From Eledone cirrhosa (Eukaryota): a stretch of DNA of 64,000 nt. The notes below the pieces were generated by a model. The model searched no databases and was not told where the DNA came from. It was given only the letters and a program-made list of their open reading frames with translations. Shown piece by piece: positions 27,351-41,276 of the stretch. The stretch lies in the NCBI GenBank assembly GCA_964016885.1, contig OZ024742.1, positions 282,596,001-282,660,000 on the forward strand. The letters are read 5' to 3'. The first letter of the stretch is position 1. The number at the start of each line of letters is the position of its first letter. The translations under genes were made by a program, and so were the position numbers.

Positions 27351-28593
27351 CGTATATATACATGTATGTATGTATGCTGGATACCCGATCGTGCGGTGTG
27401 GACTTCACTGGTGGTGAAGGACCCCTAGCCTTTGTCAGAGCATTCTTCTGGGAGAAGGCAACTCAGGAAACTGGGATAATTCCGATATAAAACCTGCGTC
27501 TCAGTAATTACCGATGATGTTGATCTTTTCTTCTTTTCGGGTTATAGCTACTGTCGCTCAGAGAGTGGGATTGGCTCAGTGCACAGTCTTTCCTCAATTT
27601 AAAAAAAATCTTCATACACCGGCATTGCACGATAGAATTAATTATTAATTATTAATAATGTTATATTGTGCAATGGACATACTCGATAACGAGGGGCAGC
27701 CATCATGTATGTATGTATCTATGTATGTATGTATGGATGGATGGATGGATGGATGGATGGATGGATGGATATAAGTGTGCGTGGGTGTGAGTGTATTTAC
27801 ATATATAAATATATATATTTCTACGTCGATATATACCTACATCATTCTAACATTATCTGATCTCTATTTTATACAAAATGATTTCATTTATATTTTTACT
27901 TCATTTCACCATTGCAATAGGGAGTAAAAGGGGAGAAATAAATAAGCAAATAAAAAGGGAACGATAGGATAAGAAAGAAAGAAAAATAAAAGAATACAAC
28001 AAAAAAAGATAATAATAATAATAATAAAGGTGATAAAAATGGCAGTATTAAGAAAAAATAACCAACAAACGAGAAAAACACAAAAACAATAAGACGTAGT
28101 ATACAAAAAAAAAAAGGAGAATGACTCTTCTTTGACCTTTTAACTTTAAACAAAATTCGGTCATTTTATTATAATAAAGTCAGCCATCATTTGTTGGCGA
28201 TGCTAGACTTAAAAATAGAGAGATACCTCTTATATACTTTAGCTATTGCCTCTTATATACTTTCGCTATATGTCTTTCTTTGTGTCTTATTGTTTGCAGC
28301 TCTTCTGGTTTCTTGATTATTTTTTGTCTCTATCCATTCTTTACATTATATTCGGTTCCAAAGATTGTGGTGAATTTTTTTTTTTACCAATGGAAAGCAA
28401 CCGAAAGTCGTTTTAGATGGTCGCCTGTGACGAAGATAAAGTTAAAGAATGGGAAATATAATAGAGCTGTATGTTCCAGTCTGTTGTTTGAGATTCAATG
28501 AAAAAATTTGAAGGAATTGCTAAGGTCATATTACACACTCGGAATATATATTCTGTTAGACTGTCTGACAATCTATCTGTTTGAATGTGTGTG

Positions 28594-28692
<99 letters not shown>

Positions 28693-28705
28693 GCATATAC
28701 ATACA

Positions 28706-28743
<38 letters not shown>

Positions 28744-28745
<2 letters not shown>

Positions 28746-29069
28746 GTTGTCTCTCGGTATTCGCTGAGGTTACATTCCTAGAGCACCCGCGAAGAGTGTA
28801 AAACCGCGAATATTGGATGTGGTCCATAAAAATGCCTATAAACGTCAAAACATATCGTAAAGTATAGGCCGGCAAATACGGTATATTGTTATTAATAATT
28901 TAGCGTTAAAAAGCGTGAAAAAATATATATTGCCACGGAAAAAGGCATTAAAAAATCACGGAAGATATTTACGATTCCGCGAATATGCGGAAGTTTTCAC
29001 GAATAATTATTAGTTAGATTCTAAGGAAAATTCCGCAAATAACTGGGACCATGAATTCAGGGGTTACTC
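28744..29069. mobile_element. Tc1/mariner (Tigger-like) MITE
   Basis: Imperfect CAGT-starting TIRs in TA context. Inverted homologue at 38014-38555. Confidence 0.65.
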
Positions 29070-29084
29070 CATATATATATATAT

Positions 29085-29426
29085 AACCAAAGATTAGTAT
29101 GGTTCGTTGATTACAATATTACAATAGCACTCAACAGTCGATTTTCCTGGAGTTTTTAATATTATTCAAAATGTTAACAAATGAAAAATATTCTCTTTAT
29201 TATATATATTTCAAAGGTACTATGGTGTTTAAGTACATTTTCATCAGATAAAATATATGATTTGATATGTGACATACCGCTACGGTTTTGATTATTCAAT
29301 TCCAGTATTGATTATTCAATTCCAATACTGGAATTGAATAATCAAAACCGTAGCGGTATATCACATATCAAATCATATATTTTGTCTGATAAAAACGTAC
29401 TTAAACACCATAGTACCTTTGAAATA
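29085..29426 (-). mobile_element. Fold-back HHR element (family C)
   Basis: Arms at about 29205-29310 and 29323-29426. Tail with AGCACTCAACAG on the left. Confidence 0.8.
29195..29253 (-). ncRNA. Type I hammerhead ribozyme (family C)
   Basis: TTTTAT CTGATGA AAATGTACT..AGTACCTTT GAAA TATATA T A ATAAAG. Confidence 0.75.
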
Positions 29427-30584
29427 TCTATATATATAAAATCGAGGATGTGTGTGTGCGTGTGTGTCTCTGTGGACAACTTTGGACAGCTAAGGCTTTC
29501 ACAATTCCCAACCGAATTTGACCAAATTTTCTGTGCACGTTGCACCTGTCGCTAAGATGGTCACATCACAAAAACTTTTCAAATCGACCCACGTTGAGCA
29601 ATAAAAAAATCGATAGCAAAATTATCTATATATATAAAAGCGAGGATGTGTGTACAGAGTATGAAAGACCACGGGGGTCAGAATCAGTAGTAGAGGAAAC
29701 ACTGAGAGAGTGAGAGAGCGAGTGAGAGAGAGAGAGGGAGAGAAGATATGGTATAGAGGGAGAGGGGGAGATATAGTACAGAGGGAGAGAGAGGAGATAT
29801 GGTACAGAGGGAAGGAGAGGAGATATGGTACAGGGAGAGAGGGAGAGAGAAGATACGGTACAGAGGGAGAGAGAGAGGATATATGGTATAAAGTGAGAGA
29901 GAGGAGATATGGTATAAAGAGAGTGAGAGAGGGGAGATATGGTACAGAGAGACAGAGGGAGAAAGAGGAGATATGGTACAAAGAGAGAGAGAAAGAGAGA
30001 GATGAGATATGGTACAGAGAGAGAGAAAGAGGGAGATATGATACAAAGAGAGAGAGAGAGAGAGTGAGAGAGCGCGAGAGCGAGAGAAGAGATATGGTAT
30101 AAAAAGAGACAGAGAGGGAGATGAGATACAAAGAGAGAGAAAGAAGGAGATATGATACAAAGAGAGAAAGAAAGAGAGGAGTGATACAAAAGAGTGAGAG
30201 AGGAAAGCCATAATTAATAGAGGGGGGGGGCAGATGAAATATAAAGAGAGGGAAAAAGAGACAGAGAGAGGGGGGAGAGAAAGAGAGGAGAAATGACACA
30301 AACAAAGAGAGATGGGGAAAATAAGATATAAAAAGAGAGAAAGAGAGAGAGAAAATAACAGAAAGAAAGAGACGGAGTAAGTAAGAGTGGCGGTAAGAGG
30401 TAGGAAGATACGTTGAAGGGGAGGAGAAAAAAGTAGAGGAGTGAGGAGATGAAAAAATTATGGAAGCCAGTTAGGACAAGTAATATTACAAGTGTATTGT
30501 ATACAAATCTGGGTTGAAAAGTTCTTTGCCGGACTATGAAAGAGTGATGCTAGAGCTGCGAAATCTATATATATAAAAGCGAAG

Positions 30585-30638
<54 letters not shown>

Positions 30639-31098
30639 ACAACTTTGGACAGCTACGGCTGCTACAACTCCCAACCGAATTTGACCAAATTTTCTGTGCA
30701 CCTGTCGCTAAGAAGGTCACATCAGAAACATTTTTCAAATCGACCCACGTTGAGCAATAAAAAATCGATAGCAAAATTATTTTTTATAAAGTGCATGATG
30801 TAAGGTAGAAATCAATCAAAACAAAATCCTTATGGGACTTTCCATTCAAACTGTTGGGACCTACAACTTTTCAGCTGTAGCTTGCACATTTTTTTTGTCA
30901 CTCGCGACAAAATTGTAAGTATTTATTCTCTGCACTACAAGGCTCTTAAGCGAGCATCAATTTTCTTCTAAGTCACATGCCTGTGTCAGCAAACCCATAA
31001 AAACTAAATCCTTATAGGATTTTCCATTCAATTTACTTCCTAGCTGTACATTCTTAGCATAATTTCAAACTCCGGGCAGCGCCGGTAAATGTATAATA
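29427..31098 (+). mobile_element. Composite non-autonomous Helitron with three 5' ends (29427, 29625, 30564) and an internal GA-rich minisatellite
   Basis: TCTATATATATAAAA starts, 29427-29620 duplicated at 30564-30780, 3' hairpin CCGGGCAGCGCCGG present but CTAG missing. Confidence 0.65.
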
Positions 31099-31143
31099 AA
31101 GTATATATTTTGATTATGAGAATATTTTTCATTTGTTAATATT

Positions 31144-31211
<68 letters not shown>

Positions 31212-31332
31212 GTAATAGCTTAGAACGATGAGTTTTAATATATTAAGGTCAATAATACCACGAAGCCATAGAGGGAACATACGTTTCTTTGGCTTAGGGA
31301 TCAACTTTTCAACCCATACATATATGTGTGTG

Positions 31333-31363
<31 letters not shown>

Positions 31364-31579
31364 ATGTTTGTTCATATATATATATATATATATATTAACA
31401 AACATACCCATACACACATATATATTCTTCTCTCCCCCTTCTACCTACCTATTTCGCCACTTTCTACTCTCACCCCTCTTTCTTCCCCTCCCTTTCACCC
31501 TATCTACCCATACCCCACTTTCTTCCTCTCCCTTTCTCCCTCTCACTTTCACCCCCTCGTCTGACCGCTTAGCAGTTCT

Positions 31580-31975
31580 CTTCTCACTTACAACTGCGGC
31601 GATCGGACGTGTCTTGTTCTTCTCGGCAACTCAGTCTTGAACTTAAGTTATCTTATCGAATGGTCTTGGATTTCCTACCTATTGTTGCTCACACATTGCT
31701 CAGTTTGTTGGGTTTTTTTCGCTGTTTTGTTTCTGTTTTCTCTTTTCTTCCCCTTTGCTTTCCTTCCCTCCTTGCTTCGTTTTCCCAATAACTTATCCAG
31801 TTATTGACGCCCTGGGGTGAAGTGTTATCTTGTCTTTAAAGCGTAGAAATATCTGAGACCCCCAGTAGACAACTGATGAGGAAAACTCCCTCCTCCCCCG
31901 CCTTTCTTGCTTTTTTCGTATTCCTACTGCATTTTAAGTTACCTTAAATAGCAACTACACAGCCAGTTCTATTCT

Positions 31976-31980
<5 letters not shown>
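31580..31980 (+). repeat. Dispersed structured repeat ending at a TA tract (probable retroelement 3' end)
   Basis: Homologous to 4455-4830 on minus and preceded by a C/T-rich stretch. Confidence 0.65.
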
Positions 31981-32051
<71 letters not shown>

Positions 32052-32192
32052 TATATGTGTGTGTTAGTTTACAAAGCTTGCCGAAGAGAATCTGTGCGAT
32101 TCCAGCCACTACTTACTCACTCAAAGGTATTACAAGATTTGTACATGAGAATTTCAAATTTATAACTCAGAGTGACCATATATATATATATT

Positions 32193-32300
<108 letters not shown>

Positions 32301-32419
32301 CGTGCGTGCGCGCGTGTGTATGTGTGTGTTTATTTATTTATATTCATTTATTTATTTTTATATATATAGAGAAAGAGAGAGAGAGAGAAATTGTGTGTGT
32401 GTGAGAGAGAAAGAGGGGT

Positions 32420-32474
<55 letters not shown>

Positions 32475-32999
32475 GATGGCTGACATTACTTCGATGAAAT
32501 CTCGTGAGGTGAAAGAGGGGTAATAAATTCAGTATCTTATGGTAATTCATGAGGAATAACTCCTGTGTTTATATGTGTTTAATTTTATGGCTAAATACAG
32601 GGGTATGCTTCGAAACCTATGGTAGCGATCAACTGTATCGAGCAAGCATTAATGATATTTAAGCTCTAATGATAACATAGAGTGCTTTTTTACTTCATCC
32701 TGTCTACGGTTATCTTTGACACTACAAATATAGCTCCCCATGTTCATTCTTCAGTACCAAGAATGGCATTAATTAGCCCGTCAAGTAAAGCACGCTAAGG
32801 ATACAAGGAGATACAACGACGCAACAAGATAGAAATATATCGATTACTCCACTAAGTACATGCTAGCACCAACCAACACTAGTTACATCAAAATCTACAT
32901 AGAGAATGTGAAAGTTTTTGCGCGCTAACAGAGATGGAAGGCCCTACTATTTGACGGAGAGATGGCCACCACTAACACTAACAGTTTTAAAATAATATC

Positions 33000-33880
33000 T
33001 CGCAAATACCATCCCAGAGTTAGAGATCAAGTCCTGCTCGGAGCTGACTTATTAAAAATGATCATGTTCTATAAGTACAAACATAATTTCGAAACAACTT
33101 TCGCATGACATTAATAAAATTAAATTATCTAGGAATACTTTCATGTTCTCTGATAAAACTAAAACTTATATGAAGTAGATAAAGATGAATATAATTAGCT
33201 CTTACTAGTTAGCATAACTAACAAATACCAGGAAACTTAAACTAGTACTTATCATAATAACAAAAACGAAGCTAAAGATATTGGATAGATAAAAGAAAAC
33301 TGAAAACTTAGCTAAATATAATAAATATAACACTGAAAGACCATAAACAGAATTTTAACAACAAATCTAGTTATAGATTGATTAGCCCCGCAAGTACAAC
33401 ATCAGTATTAGTCAGTAAGAAGATACTAAGAGAAATAAATTTACATACCAAGAAAGACACTAACCTATTACAGTGGAACTACACTTCTGTTATATCTTGG
33501 TTCAGTAATATCCCGGAAGCTTACTCTTGCACAATTCAACACAACATATTTTTACCCTAGTATGATTATATCACTATTAACTAAAGGTTTAGTGTTCGTT
33601 CGTGATTAAACCCCATCAGAGACTAGGGAATTCATATTATTAGGGCGGTGAATTGGCAGTATCGGTAGAGGGTCGGACATGCTTTCCAGCATAGTTACGT
33701 CCCTTTACGATCCGAGTTCAAATCCCGCGGAGGTTAACTTTGCCTTTCATCCTTGCGGGGTCGATAAAATAAAACACCAGTAATGTACTGGGTAATTGGT
33801 GGCCTTGTGCCAAAAGTAGAAACAATTATTAGGCACGCCAAAAATACCCTCATATTTTACCTGGGATAAAAAATCAAAAT
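33000..33880 (+). pseudogene. Degenerate RT of a second PLE lineage, interrupted by a SINE
   Basis: Peptides FSDKTKNLYEVDK, ITLKDHKQNFNNKSSYRLISP, SKKILREIN..LLQW..VISWF, then IIRHAKNTLIF after the SINE. Confidence 0.7.
33645..33828 (+). mobile_element. Family A SINE
   Basis: Full length, TSD ATTATTAGG (33636-33644 / 33825-33833). Confidence 0.9.
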
Positions 33881-33956
33881 CATACACAAAAAGTAGGAAC
33901 ATAGAGTGTTCAACCACCGGCATACCGCCTATGGAGGCATCCTAGCTCCCATAAGT

Positions 33957-34005
<49 letters not shown>

Positions 34006-34009
<4 letters not shown>

Positions 34010-35388
34010 TATAAAGCTGACGGCCGTATGTAGGTAACAAACTTTCCGCCAAATGGCTGGACCAAACAGCACCAAATTTGCACCATAGATGTAACTTTTT
34101 CAAGTAAAAAAGTGAAGCTATTTTTGTCTACTGAATTTTAAAGACATTTAAATATTCATTTCTTTAAAATTTCAAATGTCAACACTTCCGGTTATACGTC
34201 ATTCCTTACTTTTTCTTATGACGTCGCACAACATTCACCTCTTTTTCTTATAATATGTCTCTGTATGTCTGACTGTTTGCATTAGATAACGTTTTTCAAA
34301 ATATTTACTTCTGCGTTCACAGACTGATTTTTTTAGTTAAAGGTGAAAGCAGCGATTCTTTGCTTAAACTTTAACGTTATTTTAATATATATATTCGTGT
34401 ACAGATATTTTTGCATACACAAACAAAAACCTATTTATTTCACGAAAGCACAGACGGCTTATCGTCATTGTTACTGTTCGAGGTTAGAGGACCACAGTCT
34501 TTCCAAGATCTGAGAACCATAAATGGCCATTAATGTTCCACTTACCGTTTGGCTTGCCAGATGCGTGATATGTTACACGATGACAGCCATTGGCACCTCA
34601 CCCTGCAAAAAGCAGCAACTGCTAAAGTCCCTTCTCAGCTACGAAAACTTTTTGCTATTATGCTGCACAACTGCGATCTCGCCGACCCTCTCGCAATGTG
34701 GAACAACCACCGCGAAAGTCTAACTGAGGACATCCTCCACCACACACGCAGACACAATCCGAACGTAACATACGATGTCGTTTTCAATGAGGCGCTCATT
34801 TGTCTTGAAAACAGTGTCCTGGAGATTGGTGGTAGGCCTCTAAGTCACTACAGCTTACCTGCTCCTGACAGGAGTATCCAGAGGTCAACGTCTACAGAGC
34901 TTCTCCGCGAGACGAGCTACGAAATCAGTGATTCTCCCATGGTCAATTGTATGTAGGATGCTCTAGGTTGAGCTCACCAAACAATCTCTTCATCTTTGCT
35001 CGGGGAGGGGGCAACAAAAAATATTGTATACTCTGAGGCTCTAACAATGTAATTTAAATATTTTCTGTTACTTGGAATTTCCATTATGGTTGTACAAATT
35101 ATTGTTTGTTAAAAAATGTGTTCTCTGTTCAGCCTTTATTGTTGTAACTATCAATTTTCTTTAACGCACTGGCTACTGAACTGGGGAGTCCTAAAAACTA
35201 TTCAAACCCAACATCAGGGCACGTTATCCCCCCCCCCCCCCACACACACAAACTTGCTGACTTGAGAGGGCGTGCGGTATCTTTGCACTGGAGTGGAGGG
35301 GGGCATTCCTGAAAAGATGAAATGCCGGTAAACCTAGCCGGACGCCAGCCGAACGCCAGCCGGGCGGGCCAGCCGGGCGGGCCAGCTA

Positions 35389-35389
<1 letters not shown>
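34006..35389 (+). mobile_element. Internally deleted Helitron
   Basis: GC-rich 3' end followed by CTAG|T, and carries RepHel coding fragments. Confidence 0.85.
34458..35052 (+). pseudogene. Helitron RepHel fragments
   Basis: VRGPQSFQDLRTING, ACQMRDMLHDDSHW..PSQLRKLFAIML..LRETSY, then Pif1-like helicase end FSHGQLYVGCSR..TKNIVYSEAL. Confidence 0.9.
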
Positions 35390-35424
<35 letters not shown>

Positions 35425-36187
35425 TCACACGAACCGTCGAAGGACATCTTATTGTAACCTTAACGAACCCAAACCCTAATCATAACGTGAATCGGAAGAT
35501 ATAATTTCATTTTCTTCGAAGAATATCTATTATCATTGATAGCCAGTCGAGTGATCGAGGTTGATCTGAGAGCTCATTAATAGCAATAATAACGCACTTT
35601 ATGACCTCCCTTTATGATCCGCCATTTTATCAGATTATAGAGATCGAAATAAATGAAATATTTTATTGGAAAGACATGTAAGTGTAAGTACAAGTGACTG
35701 ATAATAGAATGCCGAACTAAATAAAATAACTTGCATGTTTAAACTTGAAGATTACTGCTCGATAAAACTTTGTGTCAGTAATATGCTCGGGCAGCATCCA
35801 TTTCTTCAACCAAAGATACTTCCTGTCTCTAAAACGCCAGCACACACTTACGTACATATTTACATAAACATCTACATCCACATCTTCACAAACATTCACA
35901 CATATACACATACACGTACACATAAACACACACATGCGTATATATACATCAATAATCATCTTTTTCCATTTCTCTGAGGGTTCTAGACCCCACTATCAAT
36001 CTAAAATTTCTTTAGTCAAAATATACGGTGAAAGCTTCTATTTTCTACTTTCAAACTTGCTCGCTGTTTCAAAACGTACTTACTATATATATATATTTAT
36101 ATATATGTTTGTGTGTGCGTATGCGTGTGTGTGTGTGTGCGTGTGTGTGTGCGTGTGCGTGTGTGTGTGTGTGTGCGCGTGTTTGTT

Positions 36188-36237
<50 letters not shown>

Positions 36238-36733
36238 AGTGTTTGTGTGCGTGTGTGTATGAGTGTGCGTGTGTGTGTTTGTGTGTATGTGGGGGGGGGG
36301 GGGGGGGGGTATGTGTGTGTGTGTGTGTATGTGTGTGTGTGCGTGTGTGTGATATTCCACCTGGTTGTGGTGGGACTGATAACGTTATTAGAACTTAATG
36401 TGTGCTTGGAAAGATGGTTGTAGCGAGATGAAGTGGTGTGACCGGTAGTTTTTGTGGTAGGTGATCACAGCTTAATGTATCCTCGAAGAAGATCCGTCCG
36501 GGTTACAGAGTCATTTACATATATGCATTTGTGCATAGACAGAAGTCAGGCGTAGGTAGTTAATGAGTTCATTGTTTTACGATCGTTTCAGAAGGTCAAT
36601 TGATCGTGAAGATCGATACATCGACTAACATGGTAGTGGTTAAGCTACTACCTATTTCTAGTTTCGAAAATCCTGTTCAGTCGGCCGTCTTCTTCAGAAA
36701 CACTGTCTTTTTTCATTGTTTATGCACAAACAG

Positions 36734-36787
<54 letters not shown>

Positions 36788-36826
36788 ATATATACATAAA
36801 TATATACGTATATATATACACACACG

Positions 36827-36906
<80 letters not shown>

Positions 36907-36937
36907 CATAGATATCTGTATATATATACATATATAT

Positions 36938-36987
<50 letters not shown>

Positions 36988-36988
36988 C

Positions 36989-37054
<66 letters not shown>

Positions 37055-37080
37055 CATATATATCTGTATATATATACATA

Positions 37081-37124
<44 letters not shown>

Positions 37125-37150
37125 CATATATATCTGTATATATATACATA

Positions 37151-37260
<110 letters not shown>

Positions 37261-37297
37261 TATATGTATATATATACATATATATATATATACACAC

Positions 37298-37332
<35 letters not shown>

Positions 37333-37372
37333 TAGATAGATAGATATGTATATATATACAGATATATATATG

Positions 37373-37427
<55 letters not shown>

Positions 37428-37707
37428 GTATATATATACATATATATATGTGTAATATACATATATATAAGTGCAAACACAAAACCAACCACGCATATCT
37501 TTACTATCTCTAATCCTTCTATAAATTTAGAAAAATAACCAATAATATATTCTATAAAAATGTCAAAACAACAGATGGGAATCTAATTACTCACTGCCAC
37601 CAAAAATTCTCACTGCTATCAAAAAACCACTCCCTCAACTATTCTTCTAACAACTTCACCCCTCCCTCCTAATATTCTTTATAAAAACCAAATAGGTCCT
37701 CAGTAAT

Positions 37708-37756
37708 ATTATTCTGATGAAATGACAGTAAATAATAACATTGAAATATTGAATGT
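37708..37756 (+). ncRNA. Degenerate hammerhead-like motif
   Basis: ATT CTGATGA AATG..CATT GAAA T AT T GAAT. Stem I is poor. Confidence 0.4.
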
Positions 37757-37976
37757 CTGCATAACTAAAACTTTGTAGATAGCAGCCGTTTTCAGGTTAT
37801 GTAACTGTTATAGAAACACGTGTCAATAAATTCCTTTCAACTAAACTGTATCCATTCAAATCTTTCTATTTTTCTCCGGATTACTTTTGGAACTACAACT
37901 GGAACCGTCGAGCAAACTCTACGTGAGCTGTCAATCTACTGTGTGTAATATTTATATTACAACACAACGGAAAATA

Positions 37977-38013
<37 letters not shown>

Positions 38014-38016
<3 letters not shown>

Positions 38017-38555
38017 TGTACCCCCGGCATTCGCGGTCTCGGTTATTCGCAGAATTTTCTTTAGAACCAAAACTAATAATTGTTCGTGGAAACCACCACA
38101 TATTCGCGGAATACTAAATATCTTCCACGATTTTTTTAAATAGCTTTTTTAACGCTAAATTATTAATAACAATGTACCGTATCTATTGGACGCTCCTTGG
38201 CATAAGACACCCCATCTTTTTTTTATTATATTATTTTACGTTGGCGGTGGATTGGCAGTATCGGTAGAGAGTCGGACGCCATGCTTTCTAGCATAGTTAC
38301 GTCCCTTTACGGTCTGAGTTCAAATCCCGCCGAGGTTAACTTTGCCTTTCATCCTTACGGTGTCGATAAAATAAAGTACCAGTAATGTACTGGTAAATTG
38401 GCTGGCCTTGTGCCAAAAGTAGAAACAATTATATTATTTTACGTTATATTTTGAAGTTTATAGACATTTTTATGGCTCACGTCCGATGTTCGCGGTTGTA
38501 GACTCTTCGTAGGTGCTCTAGGAACGTAACCCACGCGAATACTGGGGGATAACTT
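38014..38555. mobile_element. Tigger-like MITE with a nested SINE
   Basis: TA|CAGTGTACCCCCGGCATTCGCG ... CGCGAATACTGGGGGATAACTT|TA. Confidence 0.7.
38243..38430 (+). mobile_element. Family A SINE
   Basis: Full length, 18-bp TSD ATTATATTATTTTACGTT (38225-38242 / 38428-38445). Confidence 0.92.
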
Positions 38556-39003
38556 TATATATATTGAAAATATCGGTCCGCTGGCAAGGTTTGAATCTCA
38601 TGGAAAATGCAGGCATCCCAGATGTAGAAAATAACTAACGATATAGGAGGATTTGGCCCGATATTCTAACCTACTATTTACAGCAATTAACTGTGGTAAC
38701 AGTGAATTGCTAAGCACACACAGACACACACACGCACATACACATACACACACTTACGTATATATATATATATACGTATATATATACATATACATATACT
38801 CACACACACACATATATATGTATAGTGGATGGGGTCGTGTGCGTGCGTGTATGATAAGATGTCCTGATAAGATTTAGCGAAAGAACAACGCACAATTTGT
38901 ACTTATTTAACCCGGAAATTGTTAATATACCTTTGTGTGTGTATGTGTATATATGTGGGTATGCATGTATGTATATATGTATGCGTGTGTGTGTATGTAT
39001 GCT

Positions 39004-39035
<32 letters not shown>

Positions 39036-39370
39036 TGTATGTGTGTGAGTGTATGTATGCTTATATGTATGTATGCATATATGTATGTATGTACGTACGT
39101 ATGTATGTGTGTATGTATGTGTGTATGTATGTGTGTATGTGTGTATGTATGTGTGTATGTATGTGTGTGAGTGTATGTATGCTTATATGTATGTATGCAT
39201 ATATGTATGTATGTACGTACGTATGTATGTGTGTATGTATGTGTGTATGTATGTGTGTATGTGTGTACATATGTGTGGATGTATGTGTGTGAGTGTATGT
39301 ATGCTTATATGTATGTATGCATATATTATGTATATATGTACGTACGTATGTATGTGTGTGTATGTGTGTA

Positions 39371-39463
<93 letters not shown>

Positions 39464-39627
39464 TTGTCAGTGTTTACGCTTGTGTTAGTGTTTATATCCC
39501 GCAACATAGCTAAAGTATGTTCTAGACGTGCTAAAAAATAAGTACTGAAGTCGATAATACCGATTAAATCCCTTTAAGGCGATGCCCCAGTATGGCTTCA
39601 GTTGAATGAGTGTAACCAGTACTGGAA

Positions 39628-40686
39628 TACAGACGTACAGTAGTATGTATATATATACATACAGGCACAAATATATATATGCACGTATCGGTTTACCGAA
39701 CATTTATTATAATGCTCGGTTTGTTTGTTTGTAAACAAACAAACAGCCCAAATTACGCCGTACAGTGTTTAGGAAACCACGTCACCTTTTTGTTCAACAC
39801 TAGTTTCAAGCTTATTAGCTATCGTCAGCATCGTATACCTTCCTGCCAGATGGTTGAACGTCTGAAAGTATATACTTTCCTTATGCATATTAACGGCTGA
39901 GCAGCCTAATTTGCATATCGAGTGAGTTCAGTCGGCCGGGCACACCGAAAACGATAAATGGAATAGAATGAAACGAGATTTCATTTCTCACTTTTAGTAC
40001 GGCACTTACTTAAATGCAAGTATGCATGTATGTATACGTACATTCATATATGTATACAGACGTACAGTAGCATATATATATGCACGTATCGGTTTACAAA
40101 CAAACAAACCGAGCATTATAATAAATGTTCGGTAAACCGATACGTGCATATATATATATGTGTGCATTTATGTATATATATACATACTACTGTATACATC
40201 TGTATACATATATGTATGTACGTATACATACATGCATACTTGAATTTAAGTAAGTGCCGTACTAAGAGTGAGAAATGAAATTTCGTTTTATTCTATTCCA
40301 TTTATTGTTTTCGGTGTGCCCGGCCGACTGAACTCACTCGATATGCAAATTAGGCTGCTCAGCCGTTAATATGCACAAGGAAAGTATATACTTTCAGACG
40401 TTCAACCATCTGGCAGGAAGGTATACGATGCTGACGATAGCTAATAAGCTTGAAACTAGTACATCGTTCCTGTGTCAGTGTTGAACAAAATGGTGACGTG
40501 GTTGCCTAAACACTGTACGGCGTAATTCGGGCTGTTTGTTTGTTTACAAACAAACAAACCGAGCATTATAATAAATGTTCGGTAAACCGATACGTGCATA
40601 TATATATGTGTGCATGTATGTATATATATACATACTACTGTACGTCTGTATCCATATATGTATGTACGTATACATACATGCATACT

Positions 40687-40690
<4 letters not shown>
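39628..40690. mobile_element. Retrozyme-like tandem plus inverted array of an HHR unit of about 430 bp
   Basis: Just over one unit (39628-40095) followed by about 1.3 units in the opposite orientation. Homologous to 5318-5800. Confidence 0.85.
40425..40467 (+). ncRNA. Type I hammerhead ribozyme
   Basis: ACGATG CTGACGA T AGCT AATA AGCT T GAAA C TA G T A CATCGT: 6-bp stem I, palindromic stem III ACTAGT, GUA site. Confidence 0.9.
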
Positions 40691-40767
<77 letters not shown>

Positions 40768-40810
40768 TGATATTAAATAAATGGAAACTATATTTATAAA
40801 ACCATATTTA

Positions 40811-40868
40811 TTTTATTATATATATTTCAAGGGTACCAAACACTTTGGTACGCTTTCTTCAGATAAAA
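40811..40868 (-). ncRNA. Type I hammerhead ribozyme (family C)
   Basis: TTTTAT CTGAAGA AAG C GTACCAAA gtg TTTGGTAC C CTT GAAA TATATA T A ATAAAA. Fold-back at 40914-41010. Confidence 0.85.
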
Positions 40869-41229
40869 TACAAAGTTTGTTTTATAAATAGAAAGACATG
40901 CCCAGGAAAATCATACCTTATCAGTTGAATATTCCCTGGATAGTGGAAATGTATAATGGATTTATATTTATACATTTCCACTATCCAGGGAATATTCAAC
41001 TGATAAGGTAAGAAAATTACATTAAAAATTACATCAAAAATTTATCACATGTGATAATATGTGATAAATTTTTGATGTAATTTTTTATGAATTTTATGAC
41101 ATTATGCGCGTCATGTATTGTCTCTTTTTCAATATAGCGCGGGCCACGGGACCCCCTCCTGGTCTTTTAACCTTGTTCTAGTGACGCAGCTTGATAGAGC
41201 ATGCAACTATTGATATAGTCTTGTTTATA

Positions 41230-41276
41230 GGCTCTGATGATTCCTGCCATAGGGTATGGATGAAACACTGTTAGCT
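41230..41276 (+). ncRNA. Type I hammerhead ribozyme
   Basis: GGCT CTGATGA T TCC TGCC atag GGTA T GGA T GAAA CA C TG T T AGCT, then AATAAA and a TA tract. Confidence 0.8.

Noticed and set aside
30505-31318. Mariner-like MITE from the GGGTTGAAAAGTT / AACTTTTCAACCC pair
   Set aside because: The 13-bp inverted match straddles the inferred Helitron boundary, so the nesting is inconsistent. Left unresolved.
31810-31866. SECIS element (GTGAA..TGAG)
   Set aside because: The core quartet is not conserved in the homologous copies and helix II is irregular.
36652-36702. Possible minus-strand HHR (CTGAAGA..GAAACTAG)
   Set aside because: It lacks the NUH site and a convincing stem II.
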